Below, piece after piece: positions 35,987 to 43,033 of a stretch of DNA of 43,033 nucleotides. The translations under genes were made by a program, and so were the position numbers. The stretch spans positions 1-43,033 of the forward strand of contig CAMVAB010000002.1 in NCBI GenBank assembly GCA_947165335.1. Reading direction: 5' to 3'. Each line of letters begins with the position of its first letter. Position 1 is the stretch's first letter. This stretch comes from an uncultured Pseudomonadota bacterium. GTDB taxonomy: Bacteria; Pseudomonadota; Alphaproteobacteria; Rs-D84. The notes beneath the pieces are model-generated. The model was not told the origin of the DNA and did no database searches. It was given only the letters and a program-made list of their open reading frames with translations.

Positions 35987-37243
35987 TTATTCATTACGAA
36001 GTGTTTCAACCGGATCTGTGTTCGCTGCACGCCATGCCGGGTATAGCGTTGCCAAAAAAGCCAGCGCAATCGCAATTATTGCAATACTGATTACTGTAGA
36101 AGGCACCAATTTTGATGGTAATTCTGATAACGAATACAATTGTGCCGGGAACAAATCACGCCCAGTAACAAATTGGAAAAATTTACGAATTGGTTCGATA
36201 TATATTGCCATCACAACACCAATAAATGTTCCAAATACTGCACCAATAATACCAATGCTTGTGCCAGCCAATATAAATATTTTCATCATAGATTTGCGTG
36301 ATACACCAAAAGTACGCAAAACTGCGATATCTTTATTTTTATCTTTAACCAACATAACAAGTGATGAAATTATATTAAATGCAGCAACGATAACTATTAA
36401 CAACAATATTAAAAACATCACACTTGATTCAACCTGAAGAGCGCCAACAAAACCACGATTTAAATCGCGCCAATCACGAATAACAAAACCGTCAGGCAAC
36501 AAAGCATCCAATGCACGAACAACTGTTTCACTTTGTTCTGCATCAGTTAAAAATAAATCAATATGGGTAACACTGTTATCTATATTCAAATATTTTTGAG
36601 CGCTGTCCAGCGGCATAAATATATAACCGTTATCATATTCATACATTCCCATAAAGAACGAAGAAACAACAGGATACGCCATTATACGCGGCATTGTTCC
36701 AAACGGAGTTGCTGTTCCACCATTTGCAGCAATCAATGAAACTTTGTCCCCATTTGTCACATGCAAATTACGTGCAAGTGACGAACCAATTATCAATTCA
36801 TCATCTTTGACTTTGTCTAAACTTTTTCCATATATGCGCGTTCCTGTATTAGTCTTGGCAATTAAATCAGGCATTCTTATTCCACGAACCATTGCGCCTG
36901 AATTATTTCCATTCGCAGATGCCATTATTTGACCTTCGGCAATTGGGACAATCGAAGTTGTGTATTTTGCAACCACTTTATTTTGACGCATTTTGTCGAT
37001 TAAGAAATCATAATCAGAAATTGTTCCGGCCTGGTGGTAAACAACAACATGACCGTTCATGCCAATTATACGCGACAGCAATGTATCATGAAAACCGCCC
37101 ATCACGGACATAACAACAATCAAAGTTGCGACGCCCAACATAATACCAATCAGCGAAACCCAAGAAACAACAGAACCAAAGCCACGTTTTTTCGCGGCCA
37201 TGTATCTGAATGCTATCTTTTTTTCTAATCTTGAAAACAACAT
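35987..37243 (-). CDS. Lipoprotein-releasing ABC transporter permease, LolC/E family
   Basis: FRYMAAKKRGFGSVVSWVSLIGIMLGVATLIVVMSVMGGFHDTLLSRIIGMNGHVVV parallels the E. coli LolC N-terminus. A large periplasmic loop and C-terminal FtsX-type TM bundle are present. 418 aa. Confidence 0.85.
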   Translation of the reverse strand: MLFSRLEKKIAFRYMAAKKRGFGSVVSWVSLIGIMLGVATLIVVMSVMGGFHDTLLSRIIGMNGHVVVYHQAGTISDYDFLIDKMRQNKVVAKYTTSIVPIAEGQIMASANGNNSGAMVRGIRMPDLIAKTNTGTRIYGKSLDKVKDDELIIGSSLARNLHVTNGDKVSLIAANGGTATPFGTMPRIMAYPVVSSFFMGMYEYDNGYIFMPLDSAQKYLNIDNSVTHIDLFLTDAEQSETVVRALDALLPDGFVIRDWRDLNRGFVGALQVESSVMFLILLLIVIVAAFNIISSLVMLVKDKNKDIAVLRTFGVSRKSMMKIFILAGTSIGIIGAVFGTFIGVVMAIYIEPIRKFFQFVTGRDLFPAQLYSLSELPSKLVPSTVISIAIIAIALAFLATLYPAWRAANTDPVETLRNE

Positions 37244-37259
37244 TTTTATTTCCGTTTAT

Positions 37260-38594
37260 TTATTCATTTAAAAAATCACGCAATGCATCACCTGATAGCG
37301 GTGTCATTTTTTTAACACTGTCTGTATCCACGATAGAAATCAAACGTGGCGACATAAACACAACCAATTCTGCAAAAGGTGATATCAGTGTTTCGGGTGT
37401 TGTTACAAACGAATGTGTTGGTATACCAATAATCACATAATTATCACCAACATTAGATGGGATTTTGAACGAAGACAATTCGCCATTGCTTGTGCTTAAT
37501 ACAATCTTAGCATCTATCTTTTTGTATCCACCATAATTGCCGTACGTTCCCGTTGCACCAATAATCAAATCTGTTTCAAGACGGTCTTCTTTGCCACATT
37601 GACCGATATCAAAACGCGATTGCCATCCGTTTGGAATTGCAAATGTTCCCTGGGAAATCAAAACCATGCTGGCTTGCTGAGAAATAAATTCTTGTAATGT
37701 TTTTGTATTTATTTCAGGACTTACTACTAATGCACGTCCAACGACACCCGGTATAGACATATGAATATTATTTTCACCAAATGCTGGCAACATATTCATC
37801 CAAACAATTGCATCATCTGCTTTTGGATAAACACGATATACATCTATATCCCACGCTAAAACATATTTTTTAGACGCGACATCAGAAATAATTTTTGAAA
37901 CTTCGCGTTCGGTCTGATAATCGCCTTCGAAAACAACTGTTTTATCCTTCCAATTTACTAATAAATTATGGATATCAGCGCCACGCATAGCGTCCAACAT
38001 CGCCATAATTATAGTTTCATCTTTTGGCATTTTTATCATCCATTTACCATGGCCAGTTAAATGAATTTCACCAAATTCAGCATCATACGAATAATAAACA
38101 CGCCCCAGTTTCGCCATTAATTCAACAGCATCTGTCAAAGAACTCGTAGAAATAGATCCTGAAATTTTTTCAAAAGTTGCCTGATCTTCAATCACAGAAA
38201 TATCAGTGTCTTCCAATAATTTTTCAAGTGCGTCTTTTACATACATCTTTTTGAATTCATAATCAGAAACTTTCAAATCTGGCAACGCATCGCCTGTATT
38301 AAGGCGAACTATTTCTATCTTTTCTTCTGGAACGACTGAAACGACACTTTGATTATCCCAATCAACCGTACATCTTTTTGGTAAATCCAGCGCAAAATGT
38401 TGAACTGTATCAGTAGTTAACGCTGCTTTTTTTGGGAAAATAGGCACTGAATTTTCATCTATGACCCTATTTTCAACAACATTCACTGTGTCATATTGTT
38501 GTATGTTTCTGTTCATGTCAGTACATCCCGCAATACCCAAGGAACAAAATCCAACCAATATAAAAATTGCGTTTTTTATGTAATTTTGTGCCAT
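37260..38594 (-). CDS. Lipoprotein with divergent secretin-like architecture (N0/N1-like modules + secretin-like C-terminus)
   Basis: Lipobox LGIAGC. FKKMYVKDALEKLLEDTDISVIEDQ...LTDAVELMAKLGRVYYSYD is N0/STN-like. MLDAMRGADIHNLLVNWKDKTVVFEGDYQTEREVSKIISDV is N1-like. LAWDIDVYRV, LQEFISQQASMVLISQGTFAIPNGWQSRFDIG, VGDNYVIIGIP and ELVVFMSPRLI parallel secretin (PF00263-type) blocks. The canonical vPlLgdiPvlG block is not evident. It sits 16 nt upstream of lolC/E. Confidence 0.4.
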   Translation of the reverse strand: MAQNYIKNAIFILVGFCSLGIAGCTDMNRNIQQYDTVNVVENRVIDENSVPIFPKKAALTTDTVQHFALDLPKRCTVDWDNQSVVSVVPEEKIEIVRLNTGDALPDLKVSDYEFKKMYVKDALEKLLEDTDISVIEDQATFEKISGSISTSSLTDAVELMAKLGRVYYSYDAEFGEIHLTGHGKWMIKMPKDETIIMAMLDAMRGADIHNLLVNWKDKTVVFEGDYQTEREVSKIISDVASKKYVLAWDIDVYRVYPKADDAIVWMNMLPAFGENNIHMSIPGVVGRALVVSPEINTKTLQEFISQQASMVLISQGTFAIPNGWQSRFDIGQCGKEDRLETDLIIGATGTYGNYGGYKKIDAKIVLSTSNGELSSFKIPSNVGDNYVIIGIPTHSFVTTPETLISPFAELVVFMSPRLISIVDTDSVKKMTPLSGDALRDFLNE

Positions 38595-38630
38595 TTCCTT
38601 TCCTTTTTTTATTTCTTTAATCTATTTATA

Positions 38631-38954
38631 CTAAATATTCATAACTTTTTCAAACTCTTCTAGCGTCATTTCATAAATAGGTTTTTGATTAGGCGTAGTA
38701 AGATTTTTTACCTTTTCAAACTGTTTTTCAAACAAATCCATCATAGATTGAATTTCGTCTGGGATCATTTCACCCGACTTTTTTAACCTGTTCCCATATT
38801 CTACAACATATTCTAAAACATCAGCGGCAAAAAAGCGGCCGACATAATTTTCTATTGCAATTCCGCCCTTTTCAACACATATAGCAGACAAAACAGTGGC
38901 CATTTCATTATAAAAATTTGCTAATTTTACATAATTTTGAACAGACAGTGCCAT
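38631..38954 (-). CDS. Hypothetical cytoplasmic helical protein (107 aa)
   Basis: ORF with an AGGAGAAAAC RBS region. No signal peptide or recognised domain. First gene of the same-strand block. Confidence 0.45.
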   Translation of the reverse strand: MALSVQNYVKLANFYNEMATVLSAICVEKGGIAIENYVGRFFAADVLEYVVEYGNRLKKSGEMIPDEIQSMMDLFEKQFEKVKNLTTPNQKPIYEMTLEEFEKVMNI

Positions 38955-38994
38955 GGTGTTTTCTCCTTATCCTTTTGATACATTATAAAAACTA

Positions 38995-39023
38995 TTGCCA
39001 CGGGAACGCAATTAAATTATAAT
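38995..39023 (+). promoter_or_regulatory. Near-consensus sigma-70 promoter, likely giving a leaderless mRNA
   Basis: TTGCCA (38995-39000), a 17-nt spacer, TATAAT (39018-39023). The ATG at 39032 is only 8 nt after the -10 and has no SD. Confidence 0.45.
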
Positions 39024-39031
39024 AATAAATT

Positions 39032-39412
39032 ATGAGAATGAAATATTTATTTTTTGTACTGGCTCTATCGGCATGCGCATCTGCAAATCGTGGTTCGATT
39101 GACGACGCTACAATATTAAATTGGGAAAATGACGCTGTAACAACCGAACAGTTTATTCGCGACCATAAATCGTGCCTTGGGATAAAAGATAAAAATTATG
39201 TTCCAAGATCAAGAATAGCTAAATTATTATCCCCAAACCAAAGTGCACAAATGCCTGATTGGGATGGTCTTTGGGTGACATTTCAATCTAATGAATACAA
39301 AGATGTCGGTCAGCGCGCTCTGCTTTCTGTGCCACCTAACACTGCTTCTAAATCGGTTGGATATTATCGCAAATGTATGTTAAGACGCGGTTATTTACTT
39401 CGTGCAAAATAA
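39032..39412 (+). CDS. Small lipoprotein (126 aa)
   Basis: Signal peptide with lipobox LALSAC. No domain recognised. Confidence 0.55.
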   Translation: MRMKYLFFVLALSACASANRGSIDDATILNWENDAVTTEQFIRDHKSCLGIKDKNYVPRSRIAKLLSPNQSAQMPDWDGLWVTFQSNEYKDVGQRALLSVPPNTASKSVGYYRKCMLRRGYLLRAK

Positions 39413-39425
39413 ATTATTACGACCA

Positions 39426-39454
39426 TTGGCTATTTTATAAAAATGTGGTATAAT
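39426..39454 (+). promoter_or_regulatory. Near-consensus extended -10 promoter, likely giving a leaderless ftsQ mRNA
   Basis: TTGGCT (39426-39431), a 17-nt spacer, TGgTATAAT (39446-39454). The ATG at 39462 is 7 nt after the -10 and has no SD. Confidence 0.45.
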
Positions 39455-39461
39455 ATATACC

Positions 39462-40151
39462 ATGAAAAAATCCTTGTTCTTTTGGTTGTATTTTATTGTG
39501 TCAATTATATTGGCGGTTTATTTCGCGGCTCGTATTATAACAAGTCAAATGGGGCGCGGCCCTGTTTCATACGTAAAACATATTTCAATTATCAGCGATT
39601 CGAAGGATGCAGATCTTGAATCTGTTAAAATGGCGATTGGTATTACAAATGGAACTAATATAAAATCCGTAGATTTACACCAAATTAACAAACGTATTAT
39701 GAACGTACCGGGCATTAAGAACGCATCTACGCGTCGTTTAGCAAATGGTGATATTATTGTGAAAACCCAGCAACACAAAATTGCCGCCCAGTGGAGTGAC
39801 GGTGTAAATTTTTATCCGTTATCATTAGACGGTGTAAAAATAGATAAACCGACTAGTGAACGCAATTCAAACACCATTGTTTTTCAAGGCATAGTCCCTG
39901 GCAATCTTGACGAAATTATAAATGGATTAACACCTATTTCTAAATATATAGATTATGTAAATATGGTTGAATCAAGACGTTGGAATATTCATACAATAAA
40001 CGGAACTGTAATTTATTTACCAGAAGACAATCTATCAATTGCCGTAAACAAGATAAATGTATTAAATCAAACGCACAAAATATTATCACGACAAATTGAT
40101 ATTATAGATATGCGCGATAATGCAAGAATTTTAGTAAAAACAAAGAAATGA
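39462..40151 (+). CDS. ftsQ: Cell division protein FtsQ (POTRA-containing)
   Basis: N-terminal TM anchor (LFFWLYFIVSIILAVYFAA), then a POTRA-like segment (VKHISIISDS...VDLHQINKRIMNVPGIKNASTRRLANGDIIVKTQQHK). Its position immediately upstream of an ftsA-like gene, with an ATGA overlap, supports the call. Confidence 0.7.
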   Translation: MKKSLFFWLYFIVSIILAVYFAARIITSQMGRGPVSYVKHISIISDSKDADLESVKMAIGITNGTNIKSVDLHQINKRIMNVPGIKNASTRRLANGDIIVKTQQHKIAAQWSDGVNFYPLSLDGVKIDKPTSERNSNTIVFQGIVPGNLDEIINGLTPISKYIDYVNMVESRRWNIHTINGTVIYLPEDNLSIAVNKINVLNQTHKILSRQIDIIDMRDNARILVKTKK

Positions 40152-41932
40152 AACTTTCTAATTCGTCATTTTTATGTTTAGACATTGGAACATATGGCGT
40201 GCGTGGATTTGCACACTGTGTGCGCGATGCGCGTATTACACAATCTGCAATGCATTTTGTAAAAAACACAAACACTATATTTGCGTTAAGAAAAACAACA
40301 GACGAATTAGAACAACAATTAAAAACTCATTTTAATTATATTTTTGTGACTGGTAATTTTGGTATGTCAGATTTCAGAACGGTATCTGACACAATGTTAT
40401 GGAATGACGAACATAAAATAACGGAACTTGATTTACGACATCAAATCGCAAAAATACCATCATTAAAAGATTTTTATGCAATGCATATTATTCCTGTTTT
40501 TTACGGAACACCAAAAGTAAAAAATATTGGAAACACTCCGATTGGACACATTGATACACAATTAAAATCTATATTCAGTGTAATATCCTATGAAGAAGAT
40601 AAAACCAGATATATATCTGATATATTACGGCGCGCACATATCCAAGCCAGTGGTTTTCTTGATCCAACTTTTTTACAAAATTTAATTTACAGAAAACAAG
40701 ATGAAAAGGTTTTGTTTTTAGATTTGGGACACGAATATACAACTGTATCCATATGGACAAATCGTGGACCATTGTATTTTAATAAAATAAAATTTGGTGG
40801 CCGCGATATAACGAACGCTATTTCAATCGGATTGCAAATTGGTGTAAATGACGCAGATACATTAAAAGTAGCAGTATCAAGCGCTGTTCCAAACGAAATG
40901 GACAGATTTACACCTGCGGATTCATCCGAAAAATTTGCATCTTTTTCTGTTTCAGATATAAACGATATATTTATTCCAAAATTGAAAGAATTATTAAACA
41001 TTGTTTTTGATCAATCACAAAAATATATCGAACAATATAAACCTGAAAAAATAATTTTGACAGGCGGTGGCGCAACAATAAAAAATATAAACGAATTAAT
41101 TGAAAAACATTTCAAACTGCCGGTGGAAAATCTCGGGGACAGTGCATCTATAAACGCATTATCAGAACACATATGGAATAACAATCTTGATGAACGCAAT
41201 GCGTATATTCAAAAGCAACAAAAGATTGAAAATTTAATTAAAAAAATAACAAAAATTTTCCATCGTAACAAAAGTTCAAAAAAGAAGAAATTCATTCCAA
41301 TTTTACCAAGCACTCTGTGTTTTGATATGTCTGATATGACAACATACACAATGTTTGCCAGTGCCGGAATATCTATGATACACGTTGATATAATGGACGG
41401 TTTTTATGTTAATAAAATTGCCGGCGGCATTAAAGAATTATCACAAATAAGATCAAAAACGGGCGCACATTTACATGTTCACTTGATGACCGAAAGCCCA
41501 TCTGTTTGGGCGCGTGACGCTGTAAATGCTGGGGCCGATACTGTTATAATTTCAACAAATACTTCTGGTGTCAGAGATGCAATTAAAATTGTAAAAAATG
41601 CCGGGAAACGTTGTGGTATCGCATTAAATCCTGATTCAAACATTGAAATATTAATTCCTATATTAAAACAAATTGATGAAATTATGGTTATGGCTGTTAA
41701 TCCTGGGGCTGCCGGCCAAGAATTTGATGAAAACGTCATTCAAAAAATCAAATCATTAAATTACACACGTAAAAAACACGGGCTTAAATATGTGATAAGT
41801 GTTGATGGTGGTATAAATCCTGATACGGCAAAACAATGTTGGAATGCTGGCGCTGATTTATTAATAAGTGGTTCCTACCTTGCAAAAGCACCTGATTTTG
41901 ATTTGGCAGTACAAAGTTTATTGAAGCACTAA
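40148..41932 (+). CDS. In-frame fusion: FtsA-like actin-fold protein (aa 1-~382) + ribulose-phosphate 3-epimerase-like domain (aa 383-594)
   Basis: FtsA part: LCLDIGTYGV, VLFLDLGHEYTTVSIW, KFGGRDITNAIS, IILTGGGATIKNINELIE, and an amphipathic tail IENLIKKITKIFHRNK. Rpe part from nt 41294: ILPSTLCFDM, MIHVDIMDGFYV, HVHLM, MAVNPGAAGQEF, SVDGGIN, LISGSYL. There is no stop and no ATG/GTG/TTG at the junction. Confidence 0.6.
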   Translation: MKLSNSSFLCLDIGTYGVRGFAHCVRDARITQSAMHFVKNTNTIFALRKTTDELEQQLKTHFNYIFVTGNFGMSDFRTVSDTMLWNDEHKITELDLRHQIAKIPSLKDFYAMHIIPVFYGTPKVKNIGNTPIGHIDTQLKSIFSVISYEEDKTRYISDILRRAHIQASGFLDPTFLQNLIYRKQDEKVLFLDLGHEYTTVSIWTNRGPLYFNKIKFGGRDITNAISIGLQIGVNDADTLKVAVSSAVPNEMDRFTPADSSEKFASFSVSDINDIFIPKLKELLNIVFDQSQKYIEQYKPEKIILTGGGATIKNINELIEKHFKLPVENLGDSASINALSEHIWNNNLDERNAYIQKQQKIENLIKKITKIFHRNKSSKKKKFIPILPSTLCFDMSDMTTYTMFASAGISMIHVDIMDGFYVNKIAGGIKELSQIRSKTGAHLHVHLMTESPSVWARDAVNAGADTVIISTNTSGVRDAIKIVKNAGKRCGIALNPDSNIEILIPILKQIDEIMVMAVNPGAAGQEFDENVIQKIKSLNYTRKKHGLKYVISVDGGINPDTAKQCWNAGADLLISGSYLAKAPDFDLAVQSLLKH

Positions 41933-42322
41933 TTTACGCCCCATGCCATTTTCTGATATAAAAACATGAATTGTGTTTGCTGGTAATTTATCTTTTGCAA
42001 TATCAGGCCATTCAATTAAAGTAATATCATTATCAATTGCATATTGCAGACCAATTTCTTCGAGTTCTGATGTATCGTTTATTCTGTATAAATCGAAATG
42101 TGAAATACCGTCATAATTTTGAACAATAGTGAAAGTCGGGCTTGGCACAACAGTATTTTCCCCACGCAAAGTTTTAATTATTTCACGCGCGATTTCACTT
42201 TTTCCCATACCTAAATCACCATGCAAAGCCACAGTTTGTGGCGCACGCAGACTTTTAGCAAATTCACGTGCCCATGCACGTGTTTCATTTACATCGTTTA
42301 AAATAAAAACTTGTTGTTTCAT
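41918..42322 (-). CDS. tsaE: tRNA t6A37 biosynthesis protein TsaE
   Basis: VALHGDLGMGKSEIAREIIKTL (P-loop), PSPTFTIVQNY, FDLYRI, IEWPD. 134 aa. The 3' end overlaps the convergent fusion gene by 15 nt. Confidence 0.85.
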   Translation of the reverse strand: MKQQVFILNDVNETRAWAREFAKSLRAPQTVALHGDLGMGKSEIAREIIKTLRGENTVVPSPTFTIVQNYDGISHFDLYRINDTSELEEIGLQYAIDNDITLIEWPDIAKDKLPANTIHVFISENGMGRKLVLQ

Positions 42323-42325
42323 TCT

Positions 42326-43033
42326 TTATTCCACCAATAATAAATCATCTTCTAATTTATGAATTGTGTCACGTAATGTGGCCGCTTCTTCAAATTCAAG
42401 ATTTTCAGCCGCCTTTTTCATGCGTTTTGTTAATTCAGCAATCTCTTTACGCAAACTTGCTGCATCCCAAACACCACTTTTATTATAAACGAACTTTTTC
42501 GATTTGTCAGTTTTTTCTTCTTTTTCACGAACTTCATCAAAAACAGATTTAGATATTGTTTTTGGTGTTATATTATGTTGTGTATTATACGCTTCTTGTT
42601 TTTCGCGTCTTCGTGCAGTTTCATCCAGCGCAGCACGCATAGATTCTGTTATCGTATCGGCATATAAAATAACACGACCATTCGCATTACGCGCAGCGCG
42701 TCCAATTGTTTGTATCAGCGAACGTGTCGAACGCAAAAAGCCCTCTTTATCTGCATCCATAATCGCAACCAATTCACATTCTGGAACATCTAAACCTTCA
42801 CGCAAAAGGTTTATACCAACCAACACATCGTATTTTCCAAGACGTAAATCACGTAATAAATCTATGCGTTCTAATGTATCTATATCAGAATGTAAATAAC
42901 GCGCCTTTACACCATTTTCACATAAATAATCTGTTAATTGTTCAGCCATTTTTTTGGTCAGTGTTGTAACAATAACACGCCCTTTTGTCTTTTTAACTTC
43001 ATCAAGCAAATCATCAACCTGATTTAATGTTGG
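42326..43033 (-). CDS. uvrB: Excinuclease ABC subunit B, C-terminal part (5' end outside the window)
   Basis: The frame is open to the window edge: [55 protein letters not shown], and C-terminal UVR domain [21 protein letters not shown]. Confidence 0.95.
   Translation of the reverse strand, partial: PTLNQVDDLLDEVKKTKGRVIVTTLTKKMAEQLTDYLCENGVKARYLHSDIDTLERIDLLRDLRLGKYDVLVGINLLREGLDVPECELVAIMDADKEGFLRSTRSLIQTIGRAARNANGRVILYADTITESMRAALDETARRREKQEAYNTQHNITPKTISKSVFDEVREKEEKTDKSKKFVYNKSGVWDAASLRKEIAELTKRMKKAAENLEFEEAATLRDTIHKLEDDLLLVE

Noticed and set aside
1-43033. CRISPR arrays, IS elements/transposases, integrases, prophage genes and rRNA.
   Set aside because: No regularly spaced short repeats, no DDE/tyrosine/serine recombinase-like translations and no rRNA-like sequence were seen. 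The only mobile-element hint is the tRNA-Gly 3'-end repeat.

Overview
AT-rich (by eye about one-third G+C) bacterial chromosomal segment with alphaproteobacterial-type gene content and synteny: rsmI divergent from an LpoA-like lipoprotein, AddB-type nuclease, DUF721, secB, ruvC/ruvA, mnmE, and a single LolC/E permease plus LolD. About 50 protein genes are tightly packed, with 2 tRNAs (Gly-UCC, Tyr-GUA). I saw no rRNA, CRISPR array, transposase or integrase. Core genes are trxB, typA, recA, ruvC, mltA, secB, yebC-family, ruvA, mnmE, xthA, addB-like, engB, rsmI, lolC/E, lolD, ftsQ, tsaE and uvrB (partial). Accessory or unusual content: (1) a seven-gene glycosyltransferase block between typA and recA, one gene broken by an in-frame TAG at a Trp position; (2) three tandem paralogous COG1022-type acyl-CoA ligases; (3) a small islet after the tRNA pair, with a duplicated tRNA-Gly 3' end, a ~130-bp promoter module duplicated in front of two unrelated genes, a Zn-ribbon/nucleoside-phosphorylase-like fusion and a large lipoprotein; (4) a six-gene minus-strand operon where a secretin-like lipoprotein and small membrane or Cys-rich proteins bracket lolC/E-lolD, which is my best candidate for an undescribed system; (5) an in-frame FtsA-like/ribulose-phosphate-3-epimerase fusion after ftsQ with no ftsZ; (6) a GC-rich, hairpin-dense non-coding island at 297-622 of unknown class, plus a short GC-rich hairpin-GAGCGA motif recurring at four sites; (7) a reused CACCGG-loop-CCGGTG bidirectional terminator family. 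All calls rest on reading the translations and the sequence by eye. No database search was run.
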